The translations under genes and the position numbers were made by a program. From sequence record NC_054903.1: a DNA stretch of 64,000 bases, one strand, 5' to 3'. Each line of letters starts with the position of its first letter. The first letter of the stretch is position 1. Under the pieces are notes generated by a model. The model saw only the letters and a program-made list of their open reading frames with translations. It was not told the DNA's origin and did not search any database. The DNA is from Enterobacteria phage GiZh. Positions 37,301 through 55,415 of this stretch are shown here, piece by piece.

Positions 37301-37460
37301 TCAATTGCCGTCTGAACGACGTAAATTAATGAGTCCTCTATTTGACGCATCTGGAACAACATTTGCGCAATTTAGAGATTTAGTTAATAAACGTCTAAAA
37401 GATAATATAGGAAATCCAAGAGACCCTGAAAATCCAACACAGGTTAAAATAGATGAATGA
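34362..37460 (+). CDS. 7: gp7 baseplate wedge initiator
   Basis: 1032 aa, synteny and length as T4 gp7. Confidence 0.9.
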   Translation: MTVKAPSVTSLRISKLSANQVQVRWDDVGANFYYFVEIAETKTNSGEKLPSNQYRWINLGYTANNSFFFDDADPLTSYIIRVATAAQDFEQSDWIYTEEFETFATNAYTFQNMIEMQLANKFIQEKFTLNNSDYVNFNNDTIMAALMNESFQFSPSYVDVSSISNFIIGENEYHEIQGSIQQVCKDINRVYLMESEGILYLFERYQPVVKVSNDKGQTWKAVKLFNDRVGYPLSKTVYYQSANTTYVLGYDKIFYGRKSTDVRWSADDVRFSSQDITFAKLGDQLHLGFDVEIFATYATLPANVYRIAEAITCTDDYIYVVARDKVRYIKTSNAPIDSDPLSPTYSERLFEPDTMTITGNPKAVCYKMDSIGDKVFALIIGEVETLNANPRTSKIIDSADKGIYVLNHDEKTWKRVFGNTEEERRRIQPGYANMSTDGKLVSLSSSNFKFLSDNVVNDPETAVKYQLIGAVKYEFPREWLADKHYHMMAFIADEKSDWETFTPQPMKYYAEPFFNWSKKSNTRCWINNSDKAVVVYADLKYTKVIENIPETSPDRLVHEYWDDGDCTIVMPNVKFTGFKKYASGMLFYKASGEIISYYDFNYRVRDTVEIIWKPTEVFLKAFLQNQEHETPWSPEEERGLADPDLRPLIGTMMPDSYLLQDSNFEAFCEAYIQYLSDGYGTQYNNLRNLIRNKYPREEHAWEYLWSEIYKRNIYLNADKRDAVARFFESRSYDFYSTKGIEASYKFLFKVLYNEEVEIEIESGAGTEYDIIVQSDSLTEDLVGQTIYTATGRCNVTYIERSYSNGKLQWTVTIHNLLGRLIAGQEVKAERLPSFEGEIIRGVKGKDLLQNNIDYINRSRSYYVMKIKSNLPSSRWKSDVIRFVHPVGFGFIAITLLTMFINVGLTLKHTETIINKYKNYKWDSGLPTEYADRVAKLTPTGEIEHDSVTGEAIYEPGPMAGVEYPLPDDYNAENNNSIFQGQLPSERRKLMSPLFDASGTTFAQFRDLVNKRLKDNIGNPRDPENPTQVKIDE

Positions 37461-38457
37461 TTCAAGTGTTATCTATCGTGCGATAGTTACTTCAAAATTT
37501 AGAACAGAAAAAATGTTGAATTTTTATAATTCAATTGGAAGTGGTCCGGATAAAAACACTATCTTTATCACATTTGGAAGATCAGAACCGTGGTCATCAA
37601 ATGAAAATGAGGTGGGCTTTGCTCCACCTTATCCAACTGATTCTGTATTAGGCGTAACTGACATGTGGACGCATATGATGGGAACCGTAAAGGTTCTTCC
37701 ATCTATGCTTGATGCAGTTATTCCTCGTAGAGATTGGGGAGATACTAGATATCCGGATCCATATACATTTAGAATTAACGATATTGTAGTGTGTAACTCA
37801 GCTCCTTACAATGCTACTGAATCAGGCGCAGGCTGGTTAGTATATCGCTGTTTAGATGTTCCTGACACAGGAATGTGTTCAATAGCATCTTTAACTGATA
37901 AAGATGAATGCCTTAAGTTAGGTGGAAAATGGACTCCTTCTGTTAGGTCAATGACTCCTCCTGAAGGTCGAGGAGACGCGGAAGGAACAATCGAACCAGG
38001 AGACGGATATGTTTGGGAATATCTTTTTGAGATTCCGCCTGATGTATCTATAAATAGATGCACGAATGAATATATCGTGGTTCCTTGGCCTGAGGAATTA
38101 AAAGAAGACCCGGCTAGATGGGGGTATGAAGATAATCTCACTTGGCAACAAGATGATTTTGGATTAATTTACCGTGTTAAGGCAAATACTATCCGTTTTA
38201 AAGCATATTTAGATTCAGTTTATTTTCCAGAAGCTGCATTGCCGGGAAATAAAGGATTTAGACAAATATCAATAATCACGAATCCTCTTGAAGCTAAAGC
38301 TCATCCAAATGACCCAAATGTTAAAGCTGAAAAGGATTATTATGATCCGGAAGATTTAATGAGGCATTCGGGCGAAATGATTTATATGGAAAATAGGCCA
38401 CCTATTATTATGGCAATGGATCAGACAGAAGAAATCAATATTCTGTTTACATTTTAA
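37453..38457 (+). CDS. 8: gp8 baseplate wedge protein
   Basis: 334 aa, synteny and length as T4 gp8; hairpin terminator follows. Confidence 0.9.
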   Translation: MNDSSVIYRAIVTSKFRTEKMLNFYNSIGSGPDKNTIFITFGRSEPWSSNENEVGFAPPYPTDSVLGVTDMWTHMMGTVKVLPSMLDAVIPRRDWGDTRYPDPYTFRINDIVVCNSAPYNATESGAGWLVYRCLDVPDTGMCSIASLTDKDECLKLGGKWTPSVRSMTPPEGRGDAEGTIEPGDGYVWEYLFEIPPDVSINRCTNEYIVVPWPEELKEDPARWGYEDNLTWQQDDFGLIYRVKANTIRFKAYLDSVYFPEAALPGNKGFRQISIITNPLEAKAHPNDPNVKAEKDYYDPEDLMRHSGEMIYMENRPPIIMAMDQTEEINILFTF

Positions 38458-38462
38458 ATTAA

Positions 38463-38489
38463 GGGAGCCCATGGGCTCCCCTTTTCTTT
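38463..38489 (+). terminator. rho-independent terminator after gene 8
   Basis: Stem GGGAGCCC-(AT)-GGGCTCCC followed by CTTTTCTTT. Confidence 0.8.
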
Positions 38490-38496
38490 ATAAATA
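38489..38496 (+). promoter_or_regulatory. late promoter TATAAATA for gene 9
   Basis: Exact octamer right after the gene 8 terminator. Confidence 0.6.
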
Positions 38497-38520
38497 CTAT
38501 AAACTCATAAGGAAACCGCT

Positions 38521-39387
38521 ATGTTCATTCAAGAACCAAAGAAATTGATTGATACCGGCGAAATTGGTAACGCTTCTACTGGTGATATCTTATTCGACGG
38601 TGGTAATAAAATTAATAGTGATTTTAACGCAATTTATAATGCGTTTGGCGATCAGCGTAAAATGGCAGTAGCAAATGGCACTGGAGCAGATGGTCAAATT
38701 ATCCATGCTACTGGATATTATCAAAAACACACTATCGCAGAGTATGCAACTCCAGTAAAAGTTGGCACTAGGCATGATATTGATACCTCTACTGTAGGTG
38801 TTAAAGTTATCATTGAAAGAGGCGAACTCGGCGATTGTGTTGAATTCATTAACTCTAATGGATCAATATCAGTTACTAATCCTTTGACAATTCAAGCTAT
38901 TGATTCAATTAAAGGTGTTTCAGGTAATTTAGTAGTAACTAGCCCATATAGTAAAGTTACTTTACGCTGTATTTCATCTGATAATTCTACGTCGGTTTGG
39001 AATTATTCTATTGAAAGTATGTTTGGACAAAAGGAATCACCAGCTGAAGGTACATGGAATATTTCTACATCTGGATCAGTTGACATTCCATTATTTCATC
39101 GCACTGAATACAATATGGCTAAATTACTAGTTACATGCCAATCGGTAGATGGAAGAAAAATTAAAACAGCAGAAATAAATATTCTTGTGGATACTGTTAA
39201 TTCAGAGGTCATTTCTTCTGAATATGCTGTCATGCGAGTTGGGAATGAAACCGAAGAAGACGAAATCGCTAATATTGCATTTAGTATTAAAGAAAATTAC
39301 GTAACGGCGACTATAAGTTCTTCAACTGTCGGTATGAGAGCAGCAGTTAAAGTTATCGCTACGCAGAAAATCGGGGTGGCTCAATAA
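38521..39387 (+). CDS. 9: gp9 baseplate wedge / long-tail-fibre socket
   Basis: 288 aa, synteny and length as T4 gp9; late promoter at 38489-38496. Confidence 0.9.
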   Translation: MFIQEPKKLIDTGEIGNASTGDILFDGGNKINSDFNAIYNAFGDQRKMAVANGTGADGQIIHATGYYQKHTIAEYATPVKVGTRHDIDTSTVGVKVIIERGELGDCVEFINSNGSISVTNPLTIQAIDSIKGVSGNLVVTSPYSKVTLRCISSDNSTSVWNYSIESMFGQKESPAEGTWNISTSGSVDIPLFHRTEYNMAKLLVTCQSVDGRKIKTAEINILVDTVNSEVISSEYAVMRVGNETEEDEIANIAFSIKENYVTATISSSTVGMRAAVKVIATQKIGVAQ

Positions 39388-41195
39388 TGAAACAAAATAT
39401 TAATATCGGTAATGTTGTAGATGATGGTACCGGTGACTACCTGCGTAAAGGTGGTATAAAAATAAATGAAAACTTTGATGAGCTTTATTATGAACTCGGT
39501 GATGGTGATGTTCCATATTCAGCCGGTGCCTGGAAAACTTATAATGCTTCATCAGGACAAACATTAACAGCAGAATGGGGAAAATCGTACGCTATTAATA
39601 CATCTTCTGGAAGAGTGACTATAAATCTTCCAAAGGGCACAGTTAATGATTACAACAAGGTAATTAGAGCTAGAGACGTATTTGCTACGTGGAACGTCAA
39701 CCCAGTTACACTAGTAGCTGCTTCCGGCGATACGATTAAAGGGTCTGCAGTACCAGTTGAAATTAATGTTCAATTCAGCGATTTAGAACTAGTGTATTGT
39801 GCCCCAGGACGTTGGGAATATGTCAAAAATAAACAAATTGACAAAATTACCAGTTCAGACATTAGTAATGTAGCTCGTAAAGAATTTTTAGTTGAAGTTC
39901 AAGGACAAACGGACTTTTTAGATGTTTTCCGTGGAACCAGTTATAATGTAAATAACATCAGAGTAAAACATCGTGGTAACGAATTATATTACGGCGATGT
40001 GTTTAGCGAAAACAGTGATTTTGGCTCTCCAGGCGAAAATGAAGGAGAACTGGTTCCTCTTGATGGATTTAATATTCGATTAAGACAGCCTTGTAATATT
40101 GGTGACACTGTTCAAATTGAAACATTTATGGATGGTGTATCGCAGTGGAGAAGTTCATATACAAGACGTCAAATTAGATTGTTAGATTCAAAATTAACGT
40201 CAAAAACTTCTCTAGAAGGAAGTATTTACGTTACTGATTTATCAACAATGAAATCAATTCCATTTTCTGCTTTTGGATTAATTCCAGGAGAACCTATTAA
40301 TCCTAACTCTCTTGAGGTTCGTTTTAATGGGATTTTGCAGGAATTGGCTGGCACAGTTGGAATGCCATTATTTCATTGTGTTGGTGCCGATTCAGACGAT
40401 GAAGTAGAATGCTCTGTTTTAGGTGGAACTTGGGAACAATCTCATACCGATTATTCAGTTGAAACTGATGAAAACGGCATACCGGAAATTTTACATTTCG
40501 ATAGAGTATTTGAGCATGGTGACATTATCAATATCACCTGGTTTAATAATGATTTGGGTACATTATTAACAAAAGATGAGATTATTGATGAAACTGATAA
40601 TCTTTATGTATCGCAAGGACCAGGGGTAGATATTTCCGGTGATGTAAATTTAACAGACTTCGATAAAATTGGTTGGCCAAATGTAGAAGCAGTTCAATCT
40701 TATCAACGCGAATTTAATGCTGTTTCAAATATCTTTGATACGATTTATCCTATTGGAACTATATATGAAAACGCTGTTAATCCAAACAACCCTGTTACAT
40801 ATATGGGATTCGGCTCATGGAAATTATTTGGGCAAGGAAAAGTTTTAGTTGGATGGAATGAAGATATTTCGGATCCGAATTTTGCTCTAAATAACAACGA
40901 TTTAGATTCTGGCGGAAATCCTTCGCATACTGCAGGTGGAACAGGTGGTTCTACTTCTGTTACATTGGAAAATGCTAATCTTCCTGCAACTGAAACAGAT
41001 GAAGAAGTTCTAATAGTTGATGAAAATGGATCAGTCATTGTTGGTGGGTGTCAATACGATCCAGATGAATCCGGTCCAATTTACACTAAATACCGTGAAG
41101 CTAAAGCATCTACTAACTCTACTCACACTCCGCCAACATCAATAACTAACATTCAACCATATATTACAGTTTATCGTTGGATAAGGATTGCATAA
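39387..41195 (+). CDS. 10: gp10 baseplate wedge tail pin
   Basis: 602 aa, synteny and length as T4 gp10. Confidence 0.9.
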   Translation: MKQNINIGNVVDDGTGDYLRKGGIKINENFDELYYELGDGDVPYSAGAWKTYNASSGQTLTAEWGKSYAINTSSGRVTINLPKGTVNDYNKVIRARDVFATWNVNPVTLVAASGDTIKGSAVPVEINVQFSDLELVYCAPGRWEYVKNKQIDKITSSDISNVARKEFLVEVQGQTDFLDVFRGTSYNVNNIRVKHRGNELYYGDVFSENSDFGSPGENEGELVPLDGFNIRLRQPCNIGDTVQIETFMDGVSQWRSSYTRRQIRLLDSKLTSKTSLEGSIYVTDLSTMKSIPFSAFGLIPGEPINPNSLEVRFNGILQELAGTVGMPLFHCVGADSDDEVECSVLGGTWEQSHTDYSVETDENGIPEILHFDRVFEHGDIINITWFNNDLGTLLTKDEIIDETDNLYVSQGPGVDISGDVNLTDFDKIGWPNVEAVQSYQREFNAVSNIFDTIYPIGTIYENAVNPNNPVTYMGFGSWKLFGQGKVLVGWNEDISDPNFALNNNDLDSGGNPSHTAGGTGGSTSVTLENANLPATETDEEVLIVDENGSVIVGGCQYDPDESGPIYTKYREAKASTNSTHTPPTSITNIQPYITVYRWIRIA

Positions 41196-41854
41196 TGAGT
41201 TTACTTAATAATAAAGCGGGAGTTATTTCCCGCTTAGCCGATTTTCTTGGTTTTAGACCTAAAGCTGGTAATATAGATGTAATGAATCGTCAATCAGTTG
41301 GGTCAGTGACAATTTCTCAATTAGCGAAAGGATTCTATGAACCAAACGTAGAATCAGCTATTAATGATGTTCATAATTTTTCTATAAAAGACATTGGTAC
41401 AATTATTACTAATAAAACTGGTGTTTCTCCTGAGGGTGTTTCTCAAACTGATTATTGGGCATTTTCTGGAACTGTAACAGACGATTCTCTTCCTCCGGGT
41501 TCTCCTGTCACAGTATTAGTATTTGGTCTTCCAGTTTCAGCAACTACTGGAATGACGGCAATTGAGTTTGTTGCAAAAGTTCGTGTTGCCCTTCAAGAAG
41601 CTATTGCGTCATTTACTGCTATCAACTCATATAAAGACCATCCGACAGATGGTAGTAAATTAGAAGTTACTTATTTAGATAATCAAAAACATGTATTAAG
41701 CACATATTCTACATATGGAATAACTATTTCACAGGAAATTATTTCTGAGTCTAAACCTGGCTACGGTACATGGAATTTATTAGGCGCACAAACTGTAACT
41801 TTAGATAATCAGCAGACTCCTACAGTACTTTATCATTTTGAGAGAACAGCATGA
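41195..41854 (+). CDS. 11: gp11 baseplate wedge / short-tail-fibre attachment
   Basis: ORF track 41177..41854 (TTG) trimmed to ATG at 41195 giving [20 protein letters not shown], the T4 gp11 N-terminus; 219 aa; TAATG coupling with the gp10 stop. Confidence 0.93.
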   Translation: MSLLNNKAGVISRLADFLGFRPKAGNIDVMNRQSVGSVTISQLAKGFYEPNVESAINDVHNFSIKDIGTIITNKTGVSPEGVSQTDYWAFSGTVTDDSLPPGSPVTVLVFGLPVSATTGMTAIEFVAKVRVALQEAIASFTAINSYKDHPTDGSKLEVTYLDNQKHVLSTYSTYGITISQEIISESKPGYGTWNLLGAQTVTLDNQQTPTVLYHFERTA

Positions 41855-43434
41855 GTAATAATACATATCAACACGTTTCTAATGAATCTCGTTATGTAAA
41901 ATTTGATCCAACTGGTACAAATTTTCCGGAAGAGATTACTGATGTTCAGGCTGCTATAGCAGCCATTTCTCCTGCTGGCGTAAATGGAGTTCCTGATGCA
42001 TCGTCAACAACAAAGGGAATTTTATTTCTTGCCACTGAACAGGAAGTTATAGATGGAACTAATAATACCAAAGCAGTTACACCGGCAACGTTGGCAACAA
42101 GATTATCATATCCAAATGCTACCGAAGAAGTTTATGGACTTACACGTTATTCAACAGACGATGAAGCTGTAGCTGGTGTTAATAATGAATCATCTATAAC
42201 TCCGGCTAAATTTACTACAGCAATTAATCACATTTTTGATACACGAATTTCTTCTGAAAGTTCACTTGGCGTTATTAAGTTATCATCTCTACCGCAAGCA
42301 TTAGCTGGTGCAGATGATACTACTGCAATGACTCCATTAAAAACGCAGCAGTTAGCTATTAAATTAATTGCGCAAATTGCTCCTTCTGAAACCACAGCTA
42401 CCGAATCGGACCAAGGTGTTGTTCAATTAGCAACAGTAGCGCAGGTTCGTCAGGGAACTTTAAGAGAAGGTTATGCGATTTCTCCTTATACGTTTATGAA
42501 TTCATCTGCTACTGAAGAATATAAAGGCGTAATTAAATTAGGAACACAGTCAGAAGTTAACTCGAATAATGCTTCTGTTGCTGTTACTGGTGCAACTCTT
42601 AATGGTCGTGGTTCTACAACGTCAATGAGAGGCGTAGTTAAATTAACTACAACTGCCGGCTCACAGAGTGGAGGTGATGCTTCGTCAGCACTAGCTTGGA
42701 ATGCTGACGTTATCCATCAAAGAGGCGGTCAAACTATTAATGGAACACTCCGCATTAATAACACGCTTACAATAGCTTCAGGTGGAGCAAATATTACCGG
42801 AACAGTTAACATGACCGGTGGTTATATTCAAGGTAAGCGTGTCGTAACACAAAATGAAATTGATAGAACTATTCCTGTCGGAGCTATTATGATGTGGGCC
42901 GCTGATAGTCTTCCTAGTGATGCTTGGCGTTTTTGCCACGGTGGAACTGTTTCAGCATCAGATTGTCCATTATATGCTTCTAGAATTGGAACAAGATACG
43001 GCGGAAGTTCATCAAATCCTGGATTACCTGATATGCGTGGTCTTTTTGTTCGCGGCTCTGGTCGTGGCTCTCACTTAACAAATCCAAATGTTAATGGTAA
43101 TGACCAGTTTGGTAAGCCTAGATTAGGTGTAGGTTGTACTGGTGGATATGTTGGTGAAGTACAGAAACAACAGATGTCTTATCATAAACATGCTGGCGGA
43201 TTTGGTGAGCATGATGATTCTGGAGCATTCGGTAATACCCGTAGATCAAATTTTGTTGGTACACGTAAAGGACTTGACTGGGATAACCGTTCATACTTCA
43301 CCAATGACGGATATGAAATTGACCCGGCATCACAACGAAATTCCAAATATACATTAAATCGTCCTGAATTAATTGGAAATGAAACACGTCCATGGAACAT
43401 TTCTTTAAACTACATAATTAAGGTAAAAGAATGA
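41851..43434 (+). CDS. 12: gp12 short tail fibre
   Basis: 527 aa, synteny and length as T4 gp12. Confidence 0.9.
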   Translation: MSNNTYQHVSNESRYVKFDPTGTNFPEEITDVQAAIAAISPAGVNGVPDASSTTKGILFLATEQEVIDGTNNTKAVTPATLATRLSYPNATEEVYGLTRYSTDDEAVAGVNNESSITPAKFTTAINHIFDTRISSESSLGVIKLSSLPQALAGADDTTAMTPLKTQQLAIKLIAQIAPSETTATESDQGVVQLATVAQVRQGTLREGYAISPYTFMNSSATEEYKGVIKLGTQSEVNSNNASVAVTGATLNGRGSTTSMRGVVKLTTTAGSQSGGDASSALAWNADVIHQRGGQTINGTLRINNTLTIASGGANITGTVNMTGGYIQGKRVVTQNEIDRTIPVGAIMMWAADSLPSDAWRFCHGGTVSASDCPLYASRIGTRYGGSSSNPGLPDMRGLFVRGSGRGSHLTNPNVNGNDQFGKPRLGVGCTGGYVGEVQKQQMSYHKHAGGFGEHDDSGAFGNTRRSNFVGTRKGLDWDNRSYFTNDGYEIDPASQRNSKYTLNRPELIGNETRPWNISLNYIIKVKE

Positions 43435-44894
43435 CAGATATTGTACTGAATGACTTACCATTCGTTGACGGCCCTCCTGCGGAGGGCCAGAGCCGCATTT
43501 CCTGGATTAAAAACGGCGAAGAAATATTAGGAGCTGACACACAGTATGGAAGCGAAGGTTCAATGAATAGACCTACAGTTTCTGTACTAAGAAATGTTGA
43601 AGTTCTTGATAAAAACATTGGAATACTTAAAACATCTTTAGAAACCGCAAATAGTGATATTAAAACCATCCAGGGCATCTTAGATGTATCTGGTGATATT
43701 GAAGCTTTAGCGCAAATAAGTATCAATAAAAAGGATATTTCTGACCTCAAAACGCTAACCAGTGAACATACAGAAATATTAAATGGAACTAATAGTACTG
43801 TTGACAACATTCTTGCTGATATTGGTCCATTTAACTCCGAGGCCAACTCTGTATACAGAACAATCAGAAATGATTTACTGTGGATAAAGCGTGAACTTGG
43901 ACAATACACTGGTCAAGATATTAATGGTCTTCCTGTTGTAGGAAATCCTAGTAGTGGAATGAAGCATCGCATTATTAATAATACTGATGTCATTACTTCA
44001 CAGGGAATACGTTTAAGTGAATTAGAAACAAAATTTATTGAATCTGATGTAGGTTCTTTGACCATTGAAGTTGGTAATCTTCGCGAAGAGCTTGGACCGA
44101 AACCACCGTCTTTTTCACAGACTGTTTATAGTCGTTTAAATGAAATTGACACTAAACAGACAACAGTTGAGTCTGATATTAGTGCTATTAAGACCTCAAT
44201 AGGATATCCAGGAAATAATTCGATTATTACGAGTGTTAATACAAACACTGATAATATTGCATCTATTAATTTAGAGCTAAATCAAAGTGGAGGTATTAAA
44301 CAGCGTTTAACCGTTATTGAAACTTCTATTGGTTCAGATGATATTCCTTCGAGTATTAAAGGCCAAATCAAAGATAATACAACTTCAATCGAATCTTTAA
44401 ATGGAATCGTCGGTGAAAACACTTCATCTGGTTTAAGAGCGAATGTTTCGTGGTTAAACCAAATTGTTGGAACTGATTCTAGCGGTGGACAACCTTCTCC
44501 TCCTGGGTCTCTTTTAAACCGAGTTTCTACAATTGAAACTTCTGTTTCAGGCTTGAATAACGATGTTCAAAACCTACAAGTAGAGATTGGTAATAACAGC
44601 ACAGGAATTAAAGGGCAAGTTGTAGCGTTAAATACTTTAGTAAATGGAACTAACCCAAATGGTTCAACTGTTGAAGAACGCGGATTAACCAATTCAATAA
44701 AAGCTAACGAAACCAACATTGCATCAGTTACACAAGAAGTGAATACAGCTAAAGGCAATATATCTTCTTTACAAGGCGATGTTCAAGCTCTCCAAGAAGC
44801 AGGTTATATTCCTGAAGCTCCAAAAGATGGCCAAGCTTACGTTCGTAAAGACGGCGAATGGGTATTGCTTTCTACCTTTTTATCACCAGCATAA
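43431..44894 (+). CDS. wac: fibritin (whisker antigen control)
   Basis: 487 aa; long coiled-coil body; C-terminal foldon [27 protein letters not shown]. Confidence 0.95.
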   Translation: MTDIVLNDLPFVDGPPAEGQSRISWIKNGEEILGADTQYGSEGSMNRPTVSVLRNVEVLDKNIGILKTSLETANSDIKTIQGILDVSGDIEALAQISINKKDISDLKTLTSEHTEILNGTNSTVDNILADIGPFNSEANSVYRTIRNDLLWIKRELGQYTGQDINGLPVVGNPSSGMKHRIINNTDVITSQGIRLSELETKFIESDVGSLTIEVGNLREELGPKPPSFSQTVYSRLNEIDTKQTTVESDISAIKTSIGYPGNNSIITSVNTNTDNIASINLELNQSGGIKQRLTVIETSIGSDDIPSSIKGQIKDNTTSIESLNGIVGENTSSGLRANVSWLNQIVGTDSSGGQPSPPGSLLNRVSTIETSVSGLNNDVQNLQVEIGNNSTGIKGQVVALNTLVNGTNPNGSTVEERGLTNSIKANETNIASVTQEVNTAKGNISSLQGDVQALQEAGYIPEAPKDGQAYVRKDGEWVLLSTFLSPA

Positions 44895-44897
44895 CAT

Positions 44898-44925
44898 GGG
44901 GCCGCAAGGCCCCAAAGGATTTTAA
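44898..44925 (+). terminator. hairpin terminator after wac
   Basis: Stem GGGGCC-(GCAA)-GGCCCC; downstream U-run is weak. Confidence 0.6.
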
Positions 44926-46627
<1,702 letters not shown>

Positions 46628-46668
46628 TAAATATTATAAACTAATTAAAGCCCAGATTAGGAGAAATC

Positions 46669-49809
<3,141 letters not shown>

Positions 49810-49837
49810 TATTAAAGCATATTAAAGAGGATTAAAA

Positions 49838-51817
49838 ATGACTTTATTATCTCCGGGCATTGAGCTCAAAGAAACTACGGTTCAAAGCACCGTGGTTAAT
49901 AACTCTACTGGTACAGCAGCTTTGGCCGGTAAATTCCAGTGGGGTCCTGCTTTTCAAATTAAACAGGTTACAAATGAAGTAGATTTAGTTAATACTTTTG
50001 GTCAACCTACAGCTGAAACTGCTGACTATTTTATGTCTGCAATGAATTTCTTACAATACGGAAATGATTTGCGAGTTGTGCGTGCTGTCGATAGAGATAC
50101 CGCTAAAAACTCATCTCCGATTGCCGGTAATATTGAATACACTATTTCTACCCCAGGTAGTAACTACGCGGTTGGAGATAAAATCACTGTTAAGTATGTT
50201 TCAGAAGATGTTGAAACAGAAGGTAAAATTACTGAAGTAGATGCTGATGGAAAAATTAAGAAAATTAATATTCCTACCGCAAAAATTATCGCTAAAGCGA
50301 AAGAAGTCGGTGAATACCCAGCATTAGGTTCTAACTGGACTGCGGAAATTTCTTCGTCTTCCTCTGGTTTAGCTGCAGTAATAACTCTTGGAAAAATTAT
50401 TACTGATTCTGGTATTTTATTAGCTGAAATTGAAAATGCCGAAGCTGCTATGACAGCTGTTGACTTTCAAGCAAATCTCGAAAAATATGGAATTCCAGGA
50501 GTAGTAGCTCTTTATCCAGGCGAATTAGGCGATAAAATTGAAATTGAAATCGTATCTAAAGCTGACTATGCAAAAGGAGCTTCTGCATTACTCCCAATTT
50601 ATCCAGGTGGTGGTACTCGTGCATCTACTGCTAAAGCAGTGTTTGGATATGGACCACAAACTGATTCACAGTACGCTATTATAGTTCGTCGCAATGATGC
50701 TATTGTTCAAAGCGTTGTTCTTTCAACTAAGCGTGGTGAAAAAGATATTTACGATAGTAACATCTATATCGATGACTTTTTCGCAAAAGGCGGCTCAGAA
50801 TATATTTTTGCAACTGCACAAAACTGGCCAGAAGGCTTCTCTGGAATTTTAACTCTGTCTGGTGGATTATCATCAAATGCTGAAGTAACAGCAGGAGATT
50901 TGATGGAAGCTTGGGACTTCTTTGCTGACCGTGAATCCGTTGATGTTCAACTGTTTATTGCGGGTTCTTGTGCCGGTGAATCTTTAGAAACAGCATCTAC
51001 TGTCCAAAAACACGTCGTTTCAATTGGGGATGCTCGCCAAGATTGCTTAGTATTGTGCTCACCACCACGTGAAACTGTAGTTGGAATTCCTGTAACTCGC
51101 GCTGTTGACAACTTAGTCAACTGGAGAACCGCAACAGGTTCATACACTGATAATAACTTTAATATCAGTTCAACCTATGCAGCAATTGATGGTAACTATA
51201 AGTATCAGTATGACAAATATAATGATGTGAATCGTTGGGTTCCATTAGCAGCTGATATTGCTGGTTTATGCGCAAGAACTGATAACGTTTCTCATACTTG
51301 GATGTCTCCAGCTGGTTATAATCGTGGCCAAATTTTGAACGTTATTAAACTGGCTATTGAAACTCGCCAAGCTCAGCGCGACCGTTTATACCAAGAAGCT
51401 ATTAACCCGGTAACTGGCACAGGTGGCGATGGTTACGTATTGTATGGTGATAAAACAGCTACTTCTGTTCCTTCTCCGTTTGATCGTATTAACGTTCGTC
51501 GTCTGTTTAATATGTTGAAAACGAATATCGGACGTAGTTCAAAATATCGTTTGTTCGAATTAAACAATGCGTTTACTCGTTCATCATTCCGCACAGAAAC
51601 TGCCCAGTACTTACAGGGAATTAAAGCTCTTGGTGGAATTTATGAATATCGTGTAGTTTGCGATACAACAAATAACACTCCGTCAGTAATTGATAGAAAT
51701 GAGTTTGTTGCAACATTCTACATTCAACCGGCGCGCAGTATAAATTATATTACTTTGAATTTCGTCGCAACTGCTACTGGTGCAGATTTCGATGAGTTAA
51801 CTGGTCTTGCAGGTTAA
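49838..51817 (+). CDS. 18: gp18 contractile tail sheath
   Basis: 659 aa, synteny and length as T4 gp18; late promoter at 49802-49809. Confidence 0.95.
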   Translation: MTLLSPGIELKETTVQSTVVNNSTGTAALAGKFQWGPAFQIKQVTNEVDLVNTFGQPTAETADYFMSAMNFLQYGNDLRVVRAVDRDTAKNSSPIAGNIEYTISTPGSNYAVGDKITVKYVSEDVETEGKITEVDADGKIKKINIPTAKIIAKAKEVGEYPALGSNWTAEISSSSSGLAAVITLGKIITDSGILLAEIENAEAAMTAVDFQANLEKYGIPGVVALYPGELGDKIEIEIVSKADYAKGASALLPIYPGGGTRASTAKAVFGYGPQTDSQYAIIVRRNDAIVQSVVLSTKRGEKDIYDSNIYIDDFFAKGGSEYIFATAQNWPEGFSGILTLSGGLSSNAEVTAGDLMEAWDFFADRESVDVQLFIAGSCAGESLETASTVQKHVVSIGDARQDCLVLCSPPRETVVGIPVTRAVDNLVNWRTATGSYTDNNFNISSTYAAIDGNYKYQYDKYNDVNRWVPLAADIAGLCARTDNVSHTWMSPAGYNRGQILNVIKLAIETRQAQRDRLYQEAINPVTGTGGDGYVLYGDKTATSVPSPFDRINVRRLFNMLKTNIGRSSKYRLFELNNAFTRSSFRTETAQYLQGIKALGGIYEYRVVCDTTNNTPSVIDRNEFVATFYIQPARSINYITLNFVATATGADFDELTGLAG

Positions 51818-51833
51818 TACGGTGCATTCTAAA

Positions 51834-51851
51834 GGCCTGTTTCGGCAGGCC
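51834..51851 (+). terminator. hairpin terminator after gene 18
   Basis: Stem GGCCTG-(TTTCG)-CAGGCC; lacks a clean U-run. Confidence 0.5.
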
Positions 51852-51852
51852 A

Positions 51853-51860
51853 TATAAATA
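51853..51860 (+). promoter_or_regulatory. late promoter TATAAATA (distal) for gene 19
   Basis: Exact octamer immediately after the gene 18 terminator hairpin. Confidence 0.55.
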
Positions 51861-51911
51861 CACTATATCCTTAATTCTTTAATTCTATATGCCCTAGGTT
51901 AAACATAGGGA

Positions 51912-51919
51912 TATAAATA
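51912..51919 (+). promoter_or_regulatory. late promoter TATAAATA (proximal) for gene 19
   Basis: Exact octamer 15 nt upstream of the ATG. Confidence 0.6.
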
Positions 51920-51933
51920 CTACAGAGGCTAAT

Positions 51934-52425
51934 ATGTTTGTAGATGATGTAACACGAGCGTTTGAATCTGGTGATTTTGCTCGACCTAACTTATTCCAAG
52001 TAGAAATTTCTTATCTTGGACAAAATTTTACGTTTCAATGTAAAGCCACTGCTTTACCAGCTGGTATTGTAGAAAAAATTCCAGTCGGATTTATGAACCG
52101 TAAAATTAACGTAGCAGGCGATCGTACATTCGATGACTGGACTGTTACAGTAATGAACGATGAAGCTCATGATGCTCGCCAGAAGTTCGTTGATTGGCAA
52201 AGCATTGCTGCGGGGCAAGGAAACGAAATTACTGGTGGAAAACCTGCAGAGTATAAAAAGAGCGCTATCGTTCGTCAATATGCTCGTGACGCTAAAACAG
52301 TAACAAAAGAAATTGAAATTAAAGGTCTGTGGCCTACTAACGTGGGTGAACTTCAATTAGATTGGGATTCAAACAATGAAATCCAAACCTTTGAAGTAAC
52401 TCTTGCTCTCGATTATTGGGAATAA
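51934..52425 (+). CDS. 19: gp19 tail tube
   Basis: 163 aa, synteny and length as T4 gp19; two late promoters upstream. Confidence 0.93.
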   Translation: MFVDDVTRAFESGDFARPNLFQVEISYLGQNFTFQCKATALPAGIVEKIPVGFMNRKINVAGDRTFDDWTVTVMNDEAHDARQKFVDWQSIAAGQGNEITGGKPAEYKKSAIVRQYARDAKTVTKEIEIKGLWPTNVGELQLDWDSNNEIQTFEVTLALDYWE

Positions 52426-52457
52426 AATGAATGGGGAGAAATCCCCATCCTGCTTAA

Positions 52458-54082
<1,625 letters not shown>

Positions 54083-54083
<1 letters not shown>

Positions 54084-54322
54084 TGGAAGGTTTAATTGAA
54101 GCTATTAAATCAAACGACCTCGTAGCCGCTCGTAAATTATTTGTTGAAGCCATGGCTGCAAGAACGACTGATTTAATTAAAGAAGAAAAAATCGCTATCG
54201 CTCGTAATTTCTTAATCGAAGGTGAAGAACCTGATGACGAGGATGATGACGAAGACGAAGATAGTGATGATAAAGACGACAAAAAAGACAAAGACTCTGA
54301 CGAAGACGAGGATGATGAATAA
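54083..54322 (+). CDS. 67: gp67 prohead core protein (acidic C-terminal tail)
   Basis: 79 aa ending in a poly-Asp/Glu tail; position between 20 and 68 as in T4. Confidence 0.88.
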
Positions 54323-54747
54323 TGCTTCTGATCCCTGAAACTCATGAATTAGTTCTCGAGAATGTCGAAGCACTTATTCCTGAAGCACAGGGTCGCTTTG
54401 ACGAATTGTCTTCTGCTTTAAATAAAGACGATATAAATACAATTGTCGAGAATATGCTTGATGATGAAACTGATTTAGCGGTTGCATTAGCTTCTATTAA
54501 TGAAAATATGCCGTTAAATGAATTTATCGTTAAACATGTTTCTGCCCGTGGTGAAATTACTCGCACTAAAGATCGCAAAACCCGCGAACGTAATGCATTT
54601 CAAACTACCGGGTTGTCTAAAGCAAAACGTAGACAAATTGCTCGTAAAGCTACCAAAACGAAGATTGCCAATCCAGCAGGTCAATCTCGTGCTCAGCGTA
54701 AGCGTAAAAAAGCTCTTAAACGCCGTAAAGCATTAGGATTAAGCTAA
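54322..54747 (+). CDS. 68: gp68 prohead core protein
   Basis: 141 aa with basic C-terminus; position as in T4. Confidence 0.85.
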
Positions 54748-55385
54748 TGAATGAACCCCAATTACTAATTGAAACTTGGGGTCAACCTGGCGAAATTATT
54801 GATGGCGTACCAATGCTTGAATCTCATGATGGAAAAGACTTAGGTTTAAAACCTGGTTTATACATCGAAGGAATATTCATGCAAGCGGAAGTCGTCAATA
54901 GAAATAAACGTCTTTATCCAAAACGTATATTAGAAAAAGCGGTAAAAGACTATATTAATGAGCAAGTTTTAACTAAACAAGCTCTCGGAGAATTAAATCA
55001 TCCTCCACGCGCTAATGTTGACCCGATGCAAGCCGCTATCATTATAGAAGATATGTGGTGGAAAGGAAATGACGTATACGGACGAGCTCGTGTTATTGAA
55101 GGTGACCATGGTCCTGGAGATAAATTAGCAGCTAATATTCGTGCCGGATGGATTCCAGGAGTTTCTTCTCGTGGATTAGGTTCATTGACTGACACAAATA
55201 AAGGTTATCGTATCGTAAACGAAGGATTCAAATTAACTGTAGGTGTTGATGCAGTATGGGGTCCAAGTGCTCCAGATGCATGGGTAACTCCTAAGGAAAT
55301 TACCGAATCACAGACGGCGGAAGCCGATACAAGTGCCGATGACGCCTATATGGCTCTCGCAGAGGCCATGAAAAAAGCGTTATAA
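54747..55385 (+). CDS. 21: gp21 prohead core protease
   Basis: 212 aa, synteny and length as T4 gp21. Confidence 0.92.
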   Translation: MNEPQLLIETWGQPGEIIDGVPMLESHDGKDLGLKPGLYIEGIFMQAEVVNRNKRLYPKRILEKAVKDYINEQVLTKQALGELNHPPRANVDPMQAAIIIEDMWWKGNDVYGRARVIEGDHGPGDKLAANIRAGWIPGVSSRGLGSLTDTNKGYRIVNEGFKLTVGVDAVWGPSAPDAWVTPKEITESQTAEADTSADDAYMALAEAMKKAL

Positions 55386-55388
55386 ATA
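55381..55388 (+). promoter_or_regulatory. late promoter TATAAATA for gene 22
   Basis: Exact octamer overlapping the gene 21 stop. Confidence 0.6.
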
Positions 55389-55415
55389 TTATTATCTAAA
55401 CAACAGGACTACAAA